Shown: positions 37,400 to 49,739 of the stretch, one piece after another | Layout: every line of letters starts with the position of its first letter | Position numbering within the stretch: position 1 is the stretch's first letter | Source of the DNA: Scyliorhinus canicula | Lineage: Eukaryota | Direction of reading: 5' to 3' | Length of the DNA: 64,000 nucleotides | NCBI RefSeq assembly: GCF_902713615.1 | Contig: NC_052149.1 | Span: 229,798,986-229,862,985 of the forward strand | The notes under the pieces: generated by a model | What the model was told of the DNA's origin: nothing | Seen by the model: only the letters and a program-made list of their open reading frames with translations | Database searches by the model: none | Position numbers and translations under genes: made by a program

Positions 37400-37904
37400 A
37401 TTGACAGAGATATTTCCACTTGAGAGACCTTTTTGGATCTGGAAAATTCCAAATCCAATCCAGCGGGTGGTGGGAGTCTGGAAGTCGCCGTCTGAAAGGG
37501 TGGTGGAGGCAGAGACCCTCAGTATTTAGAGGTGGACTTGCGACCCCTGGGCAGACAAGGCTATGGACCAAGTGGGGGGGAAATAATTTGGCGGTTGTTT
37601 CTGACTGACACAGAGCCGATGGGCCGGAGGGCATTTCCTGTGCTGTATGACTCTATGATAAATACTTGAAAAGAATACAATTGTCAGGCTATGAAGAAAG
37701 AGGACAGGGTGTCGGGTTAATCGGGTAGCTCTTGTTCAAAAAGGCAGCATGAGCACGATGGCCAAGTGGCCTCTCTCGCTGCTATAAGAGCCCTTCATGG
37801 TGAAAAGCCAGTGCCATTTCTATGTGGTTTTCCTGTTACATTCCAGTAACCTTCTATATTCTCTTTGCTCGGCTGACGATGAATTCATCTTCTCTCCCTC
37901 CCAG

Positions 37905-38043
37905 GTTGCGCCCAATGTACTTTGGTGCCATCATGCTCTGGATTCTGATTGGTTTGGCTTCACTTGGAGTCCTCAGCCAGCTGTGCTCTCAGTATCTCGG
38001 TTATAATCCCATTACTGCTGCAAGAAGCTACGTTGAACTGTGA
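37905..38043 (+). CDS. LTC4S: LTC4S coding exon 5 (RLRPMYFGAIMLWILIGLASLGVLSQLCSQYLGYNPITAARSYVEL*)
   Basis: ctcccag| acceptor. Completes the catalytic R104 codon, contains W116, and stops at TGA 38041-38043. Total CDS is 450 nt. Confidence 0.93.
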
Positions 38044-38474
38044 ACAATTTCGGGGTGGCACAGAGCTTCTGTTTCAACTGTTACCGGTGGCAGATGTTTA
38101 TTTCACGCGATAACCAAACCAACAATATGTATATTTTTTAAATTGGTGACTTGGATGCAGCCCCTCACTCCCTCAGAAGTGGACTACACTTGGAAGAATC
38201 CGTCCATCTGAAGACAGCAACTTTAATTGCAAAATAGTTGTGGCGAAACAGGCAAACTGCTCCGAATGTCGTCTCCTACCTCACTTCACCTCATCTGATG
38301 AACATATCCTAATTTTTTCCTCCTCCATGTGTTTATCTAACATCTCCTTAAATGCGTCCTTACCATTCATCTCAACTACTCCCTGTGGTGGTGAGTCAGG
38401 GGCTGGTTTCTCCACCCTGTGCCCTGGCGTGGCGGGGGGGGGGGACGGGGGGGGGGGGGGGGGGGGGGGGACCT

Positions 38475-38842
38475 GCTGAGATTCTTGACGCTTGAAAAGG
38501 TCAAATTTGAACTGAGGGGAAGGATGGAGGGGTTCTACAATTTGTGGGCGTTATTCATTGTGCACCTTTGAGAATTGGATCACATCGAACATTTGGGGGG
38601 CTGCTGGGAGGGTTGGGGGAGGGGGACTGTTAATGGTGACTATGGGTGATTCCTGATTCCTTTTTCTCATTTGTGTTAACATGCGGGCTAATGTCTGGGG
38701 TTTGGGGGGAGGATGGGATCGTTGTTATTGATATGGGGATTGACATTTCATTCATTACTGATTATTGTTTATTGTTGGGTGTAAATTTGGGGAAAAAATG
38801 TGAAAAAGGAGGAGAATAAAAAATATTTTTAAAAATAATAAA
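38475..38842 (+). mobile_element. L1 3' end (ORF2 tail and 3'UTR)
   Basis: LTLEKVKFELRG...GFYNLWALFI motif followed by an A-rich tail. Confidence 0.8.
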
Positions 38843-40780
38843 ATTCCATCGGATACCCATCAGGCCCGGGAGCCTTCCCCGACTTCATACCCCTTATATT
38901 GTCCAATATCTCCCTCAGCCCCAGGCTAGCGCCTGCCTCTTCTCTTTCTCCAGCTGACGAAACTCCAAATCATCTAAAAAGCATCTTCCCATGCCGCCTT
39001 CTTCACTCCCTTGGGTCCGCCCTGTACAACTCCTTACAATAATCCCTGAACACTTCATTTATCTTCCCCAGCTCCGCCACCACATCCCCAGCCGCAGTCC
39101 GTATCCTCAATATTTCCCTGGATGCTGCCTGCCTCCGTAGCTGGTGCACTGGTAAACCAGCTGGGCTGGTTTAGCTCACTTGGCTAAATCGCTGGCTTTT
39201 AAAGCAGACCAGGCAGGCCAGCAGCACGGTTCGATTCCCGTACCAGCCTCCCCGAACAGGCGCCGGAATGTGGCGACTAGGGGCTTTTCACAGTAACTTC
39301 ATTGAAGCCTACTCGTGACAATAAGCGATTTTCTAATTTTTCAAAACTAGCATTCGACTCGCCTTTCCCCCATATTCGTACTGCACCCCTCTTGCCTACG
39401 TGGCTGTCCTATCATCCTCTCCATTGTCAGCTTATCTAATCATCCGTGTGATTTTTTTTTCCTCCTCGCCAATCCATCCCAAGTGGGCATCCTATAGATA
39501 GGGAGTACTCTGTGGAGTACTCCCTATCTGCCTCCAATATCTCGTTCATGAGCCGGTCATATTCCTCCCTTCGTTTCCTATCCGCATGAGCCATGAACGA
39601 GATAATGTCCCTCTGGACCACAGCTTTTAGCGCTTCCCAAAAGGTGGTCGCTGACACCTCTCCGTTCTGGTTCAACTCCACACAATCTTTAATCACCGAC
39701 CGCACCTTGTCACAAAAGCCTCCATCTGCCAATAACCCCGAATCGAGCCTCTACTCCGGCCTCTGCTCCCATCCCGATCTGAACCGAATCTCCAGCCAAT
39801 GCGGCGCACGGTCTGAAATTACTATCCCTGCTTGATCTTACCCCCTCCGCCCAACCAAAACCCCCTGCTCACCACAAAAATAGTCCATTCTGGAATACAT
39901 CCTATAGACATGTGGGGCAAAAAAGGAATTGCTTTCCCCCTGGGTTCGTGAAACGCCACACGTCCACCATACCCATCGTGGACAGCACGGTAGCAGAGTG
40001 GTTAGCACAGTTGCTTCACAGCTCCAGAGTCCCAGGTTCGATTCCCCGCTGGGTCACTGTCTGTGCGGAGTCTGCACATTCTCCCCGTGTCTGCGTGGGT
40101 TTCCTCCGGGTGCTCCGGTTTCCTCCCACAGTCCAAAGATGTGCAGGTTAGGTGGATTGGCCATGATAAATTGCCCTTGGGTTAGGTGGGGTGACTGGTT
40201 TACAGGGATAGTTGGAGGTGAGGGCGGAGGTGAGGGCTTAAGTGGGGTGCTCTTTCCAAGAACCGGTGCAGACCCGATGGGCCAAATGTCCTCCTTCTGC
40301 ATTGTAATTCTATGATCTATAAACCCACCCAACTCCTTTGCCATAAGTATCCAACCTATTGACCTGGGATCGACCAATCCACCCTCGGCTCTAGGACACA
40401 GTTAAAATCCCCTCCTATAATCAACTGGTGCGTGGCCGAGTTGGGTTTTGCTGCCTGCAACCCCCCTGATAAAACCTTATCGTCCCAATTCGGTGCATAC
40501 ACAGTTACCAACACCTCTGACTTCCTTTCTAATACCCCACTCACAATCACATATCTCCCACCCGGGTCCCTCACTTCCTTTATTACTCATTAAAATTGCC
40601 ACTCCCCGCAACTTTGAATCAACCCTGAGTGGGAAACCTGACCAACCCATCCCTTCCTTAGTCTAACCTGGTCCTTCACGCAGAGGTGAAGAGGTCTGCA
40701 GAAAGACCACCTCCGCTGTTAAACTCCTGAAGTGCGCAAAAACCCGAGATCTTTTAACTGGTCCACGTTATCAGCCTCAA
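38843..40780 (-). mobile_element. Decayed L1 ORF2 N-terminal (endonuclease) region with nested SINEs
   Basis: GRYVIVSG...VYAPNWDD...IIGGDFNCVL; FWEALKAVVQRDIISF; ARGLMGIRWNF-like KAPGPDG region. Confidence 0.8.
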
Positions 40781-41704
40781 CGGAGGCTTACGCCTCTATC
40801 ATCTGTTATCCTCCTCTATTTGCTCTAGCCCCGTTAATTCCACCCTGTACCTGGCCCAGCCAGGATGCCCCCCTTCTCCGCCTCTGACCATGCCTCTTCT
40901 CCCTCCTTGGTTTTTCGCGTCACCCCCCAAACTGTTAAGTAATGGGTCAAGAGACATTCCAGTTGTCTCATTTATGTTAAGCATCCAATAATTGACACTG
41001 ATATGTAAAGGGGCTTCAGGTGGCCCTTGTGTCAGGTGATGTGATGTTAGAGTTTTGTGCAAAGTCTGTTGAAGGAAATTAAAGGGGTTTTGTGGAAAAG
41101 CAGCAGAACCTTTTGACTCTTTATACTACAGCAGCTAAACGCCTAACAAATTGCTGGGGTGTAGATTGAATTGTTCTTAATCTAGGACAAAAGTTCGGCA
41201 CAACATCGTGGGCTGAAGGGCCTGTTCTGTGCTGTATTTTCTATGTTCTAGAGTTAAATCGCTGGCTTTGAAAGCAGACCAAGGCAGGCCAGCAGCACGT
41301 TTCAATTCCCGTACCAGCCTCCCCGAACAGCTACCGGAGTGTGGCAACTAGGGGCTTTTCACAGTAACTTCATTTTAAGCCTACGCATGACAATAAGCGA
41401 TTTTCATTTCATTCTTTTCATTTCCACGCTTTCACTACTCTCTGGGTAAGGAAGTTTCTCCTGATTTATCCTGAATTAGCTCATATGGGCAGCACGGTAA
41501 CACAGTGGTTAGCACGGTTGCTTCACAGCTCCAGGGTCCCAGATTCGATTCCCGGCTCTGGGTCACTGTCTGTGTGGAGTTTGCACATTCTCCCCGTGCT
41601 TGCATGCGTTTCGCCCCCACAAACCAAAGATGTGCAGGGTAGGTGGATTGGCCATGCTAAACTGCCCCTTAATTGGAGAAATTTGGGTATGCTACATTTA
41701 TATT

Positions 41705-42012
41705 AAAAAAATAATAATCCTTATTATTGTCACAAATAGGCTTACACTGCAATGATGTTACTGTGAAAAGCCCCTAGTCGCCACATTCCGGCGCGTGTTC
41801 GGGGAACACTGAGGGAGAATTCAGAATGCCCAATTCACCTAACAGCACGTCTTTCAGGACTTGTGGGAGGAAACCGGAGCCCCTGGAGGAAACCCACGCA
41901 GACACGGGGAGAACGTGCAGACTCCGCACAGACAGTGACCCAAACCGGGAATCGAAGTGGGTCCCGGGCGCTGTGAAGCAACAGAGCTAACAACAGTGCT
42001 ACTGTGCCGCCC
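41705..42012 (-). mobile_element. Chimeric SINE: V-SINE head plus family-2 (Rex1-like) tail
   Basis: V-SINE head and core followed by ccccgaacacgcgccggaatgtggcgactaggggcttttcacagtaac...tgacaataataaggattattatt. Confidence 0.85.
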
Positions 42013-42996
42013 ATAATCAAGGAGCCTGACAGGGTAAATGCTGAGAGGATGTTTCCCTCATGGGAGAGTCTGGGACCAGAGGGCAGAGTCTCAGAATAAA
42101 CGGGTACCAATTTAAGACTGAGATGAAGGGGAATTTCTTCAGAGGGTTATGAGTCTTTGGAACTCCTTGCCACAGAGAGCTGCGGGGGCAGAATCCTTGT
42201 GTATATTTAAGGCCGAGATGGATAGATTCTTGATCAGTAAAGGAATCAAGGGTTACAGGGAAAGGGCAGGAATGTCGACGTGAGTAATGTTGGATCAGCC
42301 ACGATCCTATTGAATGGAAGAGCAGACTCGAAGTGCCTAACGGCCTGCTCGTTATGGTCTTCTGAATGATGGAGGGACGCAGGTACCTTGAACACGTGTA
42401 GGGCTGGAGGCCATTACAGAGATAGGGAAGAGTGAGGCTGAGGAGGGGCTTCAAAACAAAGATGAGCATTTTAAGGCTCGGGTATTGCTGACCAGTGTAG
42501 GTCAGCAAGCACGGAGGGCGATGTATGAATGGGACTTGGTGCAAGTAGCAGATTTTTGGATGACCTTGAGCTCACAGAAGGCTGAGGAAAGAACCTTGGC
42601 CTGTTCGATCTTTCCTGATTGTTGTAACTCTCTTATTTCTGGGACTCTTATTAAGCTGCGTTGCTTCATTTCGGGATGTTTGTATCTGTACCCCACTTCC
42701 CTCTGTTCTTCTACTCTATCGAAACTGTAATTGGCCGAACAATATGTGACCCTCTTATTGTCCCACCACAATGCAGCATCTGTTTCATTTAATTTCTGCA
42801 TTAACTACTTCCCCCGCCCCAATTTGCTGTGAGCCGCAGATTTTGAAACCGCACTTCCAATATCCGGGTTCAAACAGTTTTGGTAGATTGGCTGAAACTA
42901 ATATGGCAAGATTCTGACCCCAGCTCTAACTCATACCGACCGTGAGGAAACTTGCTGAGTGATCACTCTTATTTATTCATTGTAATAAATATTACC

Positions 42997-43475
42997 TGTG
43001 GTGATATGCATCACTGTAGATACACAAGGGGTTAATGTAAGTACACGTAGACTAGCTAGACAGTAGAGAGAGCACCAGAAACATGACACACAGACACTCA
43101 ACCAATAGGTCAGTAAGATAGGACACGACCAATGGGCATTCACGATACACACAGAGGTGACACTACCACAGGGGGGCATTACACCAACCCATATATAAAG
43201 GACACAGCACACATGATCTTCCTCTTTCCAGTGGAGACACTCAGTGAGTACAGACACAGGGTTGATTCAACACATCACACCCACCACGTGGATTGTAGCA
43301 GACTGGTTCGTCAGTCTGAGTAGCTATAGAAGGATTAACAGTAGAGGCGAATCCGAGTAGGATAATTGTAAATAGTTCAATAAACGTGTTGAAGTTATCT
43401 CCACGTCTGAACCTTCCTTTGTCAGAGTGCACATCAAGGAAGCAGCTTATGCTACGCCAAGAGCATAACAAGACA
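42997..43475 (+). mobile_element. Solo LTR with a SINE inserted at its 3' terminus
   Basis: TG...CA ends, TSD ttacc (42992-42996 / 43586-43590), TATA-like atatataaag, AATAAA. Confidence 0.85.
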
Positions 43476-45149
43476 TGAAATGAAAATCGCTTATTGTCAC
43501 GGGTAGGCTTCAATGAAGTTACTGTGAAAAGCCCCTAGTCGCCACATTCCGGCGCCTGTCCGGGGAGGCTGGTAAGGCTGAGACATTACCTACATATGTA
43601 ATTTTTACATGGTTTACTTGAAAATATCAATAAAACTGAACATCTTGCACAATGACTCCAGGTAAAGTTATTTTGAACAAAGTCCATCCATTTTCACGAC
43701 ACAGTGGGACCATGAGCTGAGGATTTTCACTATTCAAATAAACCCAAGAGGTCAAATCGCACCAGGAGAAAAGAAAAGAACTTGCATTTGTATAGTGCCT
43801 TTCCTGCCCTCGGAACTTCCAGATGTGTTTTACTGCCTGTGAAGTACTTTTCGATGTAGTCACTGCTGTTAATGTAGGATTCCCACAAACAGCAAAGTGA
43901 AAATGAACAAGTTAATTTAAAAAAAAAAGAGATGTTGGTTCAGATTGGCCCAGGAAAGCAGAGAGAAATCCCAATACTCAACTTCAAAATATTGGCCAGG
44001 GCAGACAGGGCCTCAGTTAGAACACTCACCAAAAAGGTGACACTTCTGACAGAGCAGCACTCCCTCAACGCAGGCTAGATTTCCTACTCGGGGCCCCTGG
44101 CACGGGACCTGGATCCGCAATCTTCAAATTCAGAGGTAAAAATGCTGAGCCACATCGATATTTCAACAAATTGTCCTGCCTTTGCTGAGTTTCGGGATTG
44201 TGCAATAGTATTGGCACGCAAAGAGACAGAAAGTTCCAAATATAGCACTGAGGTTGGGGAAGTTCAAATCCAGTTCCTCCTGGGACAAGACGTGATCATT
44301 CGAAAAAGAATTCAATGATCTCAGAGCTAAGGCAGAGGGAAAAACAAGCTCAACTCTGTGTCTAAGCTGACACTGGGGAGGGATTTTGGAAATGAAATGA
44401 AAATCTCTTATTGTCACAAGTAGGTTTCAATGAAGTTACTGTGAAAAGCCCCTAGTCACCACATTCCGGCGCCTGTTCGGGGAGGCCGGTACAGGAATTG
44501 AACCCGCGTTGCTGGCCTTGTTCTACTTTACAAGCCAGCTGTTTAGCCCACTGTGCTAAGCCAACCCCTTGAAGTCCCTAGTTGCCACATTCCGGCGCCT
44601 GTTCAGGGAGGCTGGTACGGGAATTGAACCCGTGCTGCTGGAATTGTTCTGCATTACAAGCCAGCTGTTTAGCCATCTGTGACTTTAGAATACAGCAAAG
44701 GAGGATCAACGCACAGATAAAGAAAGGGGAAATAGAATATGAAAGTGAAGTAACGACTTGTGGTGGCGGCTATGGAGTGAGTGGTCACACTCGAGGTGGA
44801 ACTTTCTCGTCCTTCCCCACCCGATTTGAGGGGGTTTGTTGGTGAATGGTGCATGAGCACTGAAGGATTGCAATACTCCTCTGGTGGGGCTGGTTATTGA
44901 AATGAAAAAAATGAAAATCGCTTATTGTCACGATTAGGCTTCAAATGAAGTTACTGTGAAAAGCCCCTAGTCGCCACATTCCGGCACCTGTTCGGGGAGG
45001 CTGGTACGGGAATTGAACTGTGCTGCTGGCCTGCCTTGTTCTGCTTTAAAACCCAGCGATTTAGCCCAGTGTGCTAAACCAGCCCACGAGGAGTGTAACA
45101 AGTAAGTCAGCAACTGGACCGCGAGAATATTCGCGGTGAATAACAGAGA

Positions 45150-46050
45150 AAGATGGCGGAAGGTGCTGGGGTATCGCTGCCCGCCCGGTGGTCAATGGAG
45201 CAACGCGTGAACTTTTTGAACAACAAGGTCCAGCAGCAGAGGAAGGAGGCCTCAGAGGACCTGACTAAGGTGGTGGAGCAGCTTAGGTTGGCTATTGAGA
45301 GAGCGGAGCAGAGGCTTGAGGCGCAGGGCCTGGTACTCAGAAGGTGAAGGAGTCGATGGGGGCATGAGGACTGGCTGGCCTCGCTGGAGGCAGAGATGCT
45401 GCTGGCGGTGGATAGCCACAAGAGGTTGAGGGAGATGGCGCTGAGGACCCGGGTTCGAATCCCGGCCCTGGGTCACTGTCCGTGTGGAATTTGCACATTC
45501 TCCCCGTGTCTGCGTGGGTTTCACCCCCACAACCCAAAGATGTGCAGGATAGGTAGATTGGCCACTCTAAATTGCCCCTTAATTGGAAAAAATAATTGGG
45601 TAATCTAAATTAATTTTTAAATAAAGAGGTTGAGGGAGAAGGTGGTGGACCTCGAGACTCACTGCAGGAGGCAGAATCCCCAGATCGTGGGGATGTCTGA
45701 GGGGGCGAAGGTGTGCAGGCCGCTAAATATGTGGCAAATATGCTGGAGAAGCTGATGGGGGATGGGGCCTTTGACATTCCCCTGAAAGTGGTTCAGGGCG
45801 CTGAGGAGGCTGCTTGGTTTTCTTGTTAAGGAGAAAATCCTGAAATGGGCGAGGCAGATGACGAAATGCACCTGGGAGGGGAGCGCGAGCTGAGAATATA
45901 CCAGGACCTGGATGTGGAGTTAGCCAAGTGGCGGGCTGGCCTCTACAAGGAGGGGGTGAAGTTTTGGGTGCTGTATCCTGCTCGTCTGTGGGACACTCAT
46001 CAGCATCGGGAGTTTTATTTTGATACGCCGGAGGAGGCGAATGAGTTTAT
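45150..46050 (+). mobile_element. Decayed L1 ORF1 fragment with nested short V-SINE (45436-45623)
   Basis: RRQNPQIVGMSEG and LRIYQDLDVELAKWRA...LYPARLW motifs typical of L1 ORF1p. SINE TSD aagaggttgagggaga. Confidence 0.75.
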
Positions 46051-47929
46051 GAGAGACTGGGAGGAGTAATGGGGACACGGAACTGTGGAGATGTTAAATG
46101 TGGGGAATGTGGGTTCACAGGATGGGTGGATTGGCGACTTTAATGAGAATGGGAGGGGAGAGCGTGTCTATGCTATCTTTTATGTTTATGTTTCGGGCAG
46201 TGGGGATGAAGGTCGGGTTTGGGGAAGGAGATCGACAGGCCCTGGGCAGGGATAACCATGCCAGCTGGTTGGCTAGTTAACGGGAGTGAAGTGGGGGGAC
46301 GGGAGGGGGGATGGGTTGGGTTTTTTGTTTGGTTATGCGAGGGTGGGGACTGTTGTTGACATGGGAAATGTTGGTGTGTCGCAGTTGGTTACGGAAGAAT
46401 GGTGTCGGACATCTTGGAGAGGTCCCGTAGGAGTGGGGGGGAACATGAAGTAGGGGGTTCTGGGTAAAGAAGAGATGTGGCTGACTGGCAGGGAAGTGGG
46501 GCGGGAAGCCCCTAGCCCAGTGTAGCTCGGAGCCTTCACCCTGGGGTCGCCCAGCCCGTCTGACAAACCCCTCACTGTGAGCGACACACCTCCAGGCCAA
46601 CACACCAAGGAGGGTCGCTCTGCAACACCCATGCTGCTCGAAATGGGCCAAATTCCCAAGGTCCCTGCCCCCCAGGGGATCCCACCAGAATATCTCAGGC
46701 AACGGGGTGTGCAAGGCTGCAGGCCGCCTTAAACCCAGCTGTGGAACTTGAGGATACACCTAGGGGGCAGCACGGCGGCACAGTGGTTAGCACTGCTGCC
46801 TCACACCACCAAGGACCCCGGTTCAAATCCGATCTCGGGTTACTGTCTGTGCGGTGTTTGCACGTTCTCTCCGTGTGTGCGTGGGTTTCCTCCGGGCGCT
46901 CCGGTTTCCTCCCACAAACCAAAGACGTGCAGGTTAGATGGATTGGCCACACTAAATTGACCCTTAATTGGAAAAACATAATTGGGTACTCTAAAATTAG
47001 AAAAAAAGAGTCTGCACCGATCCTCTGAAAGAACACTCTGCCTCACCTCCACCTTACCAACACATCTTTGGGTTGTGGGGGTCAAACCCACGCAGACACG
47101 GGGACAATGTGCAAACTCCACACGGACAGTGACCCAGAGCCGGGATTCAAAGACGGGTCCTCAGCGCCGTAGTCCCAGTGCTAACCACTGCGCCACCGTG
47201 CTGCCCTGGGTCGGTGCTGTCTCGATGGGCGTAATGAAGGCCTCCTTGTGCACTGCAGTGATTCTACCGAGACGTAGCGGGAGGGTGAGGAAGAATAAGG
47301 AACTGTCGGCACCCAGTGGGTGCAGGTGAACAGAGGCACTGGTTTAGATGGGTCACCATTATAAATAGACACTTGTTACAAACACCACTTTGTTCACCAC
47401 CAGATTCTTCGCTGTCATTCCAGGGTGCCCTCCTCCACAAAGCCCCACGCACACTCAGCGCGTCATCCCTGTGCAGTGAGAGTGAGAGCACTACGCCTCT
47501 ATGTCTCTCCCACCTGCCACACTGATGACCCAGTAAATGCGAGTTGCTGCTGGCACTGCCCCACCACCCTCAAGAATCAATGTTCAGGCTTCTCATTTCT
47601 TCCACTTGTCTCCAGTGACGAGGAGGTCATGGGCTGACAAAGTGTAAAGAGGCTGCTCACCTCGTTGGAAGAAAACACTCGGACCCCTGACCTCGAAGAG
47701 GGCTGTATCAGATTAGAGCTCATCCTGGTCTTTGAAACCCATGACAAGACCATTCATTGGCAGGATGTGTTCATCTCTGTCAGGCAGGAGTCAGACGTAT
47801 CATTGAGGATGAGAGGAGAATCGCTCAGTCCTCAATGTAACTCATCCTCACGCAGAGTTCAGCCAATGGCTTTAGCACCTGCCCATGAACTTGGGCACCA
47901 TCTCACAAATCTACCGCTGGCACCACCGC

Positions 47930-48860
47930 AAAGGTGAGATGTCCCACCCCAAGGTGGCAGTGCTCCTCACTCCCTAGTCCTGGTCGCCCCAAACTGAAAT
48001 GCTATGAGGGGGTCCCTCGCTCATTGACCCATGCAGGCCCTGACTATGGCCCGAGGTCCTTCCTCCTCCTCCGTGGGTTGTGCCTCGCAGCCCTCCTCGA
48101 CCTCCTCCACGGAGATGAGGCTCTCGCCCATCTCCTCCAGGTCCAGCTGGTCTCCACCCTGCAGGGTCAAGATGTGGGGAGCGCAGTTGACCACAATTAT
48201 GGGGGACACCCTCTGGGGGCCATATTGGAGGGTATCCTCCGACTGGAACCACAACTTAAACAGTTCAATCACCTGCTCGACCAGCACGAGCGTTGGAACA
48301 TGAGACTCGATGTAGCGAGTCTCCACATCGGCTTGTGGCTTCCATGCTGGCATCATCATCCACATCCTGAGTGGGTGGCCCCTGCCCATGAGAAAGCACC
48401 CCTCCAGCTGCTGCTCTCCCTCAAAAACATCTGGGATCTGTGAGCGCCCCAAGCTGTAACTGGCATGGACATTCCCGGGAATGGGCACACACCTGCATTA
48501 TTCACACCGTGTGGTCACAAACGAGTTGGACATGGAGGGGGTGGAGTCCCTTGCGGTTCATGAATGACACCCCACGGTGCCATGGAGACCGCAGGGCCAC
48601 ATGAGTGCCACCTATCACACCTGGAGCATGCCGGGTAAGCGGGCAAAGCCCATGGCATTGATCATCTGATCCTGGTCCACGGTTATATACATGTGGGCCC
48701 CGGCATAAAGAGCATCTGTTACCTCCCTAATGCATTTGTGCATGGTGGACTGGGAAATGCCACTCACCAAAGCTGCCCTGAAACTAGCCACTCGCATAGA
48801 AGTTCAGAGCAGTGGTAACTTTAAGGGCCACGGGCAGTGGATGCCCGCCCATTCCCAGCG
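47930..48860 (-). mobile_element. Decayed PIF/Harbinger (HARBI1-like) transposase
   Basis: ISQSTMHKCIREVTDAL; NRKG; FPGNVHASYSL; GRGHPLRMWMMMPAWKPQ..ETRYIESH..VEQVIELFKLWF. Disrupted. Confidence 0.8.
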
Positions 48861-49739
48861 AACATGGCAAAGGTGGTCCCCCCCCCCCAGAACAACGATC
48901 TCCCCGGCACTGAAGCTCCAATATCTGCAGGTAGAATGTTCAACGTTGGAAGTTATGTCTCCTACGAGGCTCCATCATCTGTGGATCAAAGTAACTGAGG
49001 GATAAATTAAAAAGACAGTTCCAAGTGGAAACTGACTTAAACAAATAATGAATCACAAATGAAGCGGTGATTAAGGGGTCGTAATGGTGAGGTAACTGTT
49101 GAGTTTAACCATTTACTTGTTTACATAGATGGCTAATGGAATATTGTTTATGTTCAGGCGGTTTCCTGGTGTGTAAATAATTTATGAGGGATTGCATATA
49201 GTCCTAGGTAAGCAGGTCATGGGATATCTTAGTGGGAGGAGACTGGAGAATGCCTTTTGCATAATTACAGATGATGTAATTAATGGGAGGAGCCAGGTCT
49301 CTCTGTAGTTTTGCAGTTTAGATAGGATTTGAGTCTGACAAGATTTTCAGGTTGTTCCTGAAAGTGTCTCTCTCCAAATGTCTGCACAGAGATGCAAGTA
49401 ACCATGATTGTTAACTTTATTTATAAGTGGCATTTGAACTATATTGGGTTGCTTAATTGGAATATATAGTAATATACACAGTGGCAGGTGTAGATAGTGA
49501 GATTTTTTAAACATTTATTTAAGAACCGTTTCAACTGTTAATTGGAAAGCTATTATTATGTTTCCAATGTGATTGATTCTGTGTTTAAATTAAAGTTTGT
49601 TTTAACATGAAAGATACCGATTGGTCAGTGTTATCACTCTTGTGGTTTAGAAGTTTCCCCTCACAGTCTAACAAATTGCAAATTGTTGGGATTCTTGCAC
49701 GGGGACTCCTAACCAGGAAAATGATGCCTCTGTAGCAGA

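Noticed and set aside
48950-49715. Possible additional solo LTR (similarly about 40964-41148 and 23137-25556)
   Set aside because: Could not identify both TG...CA termini and a matching TSD.
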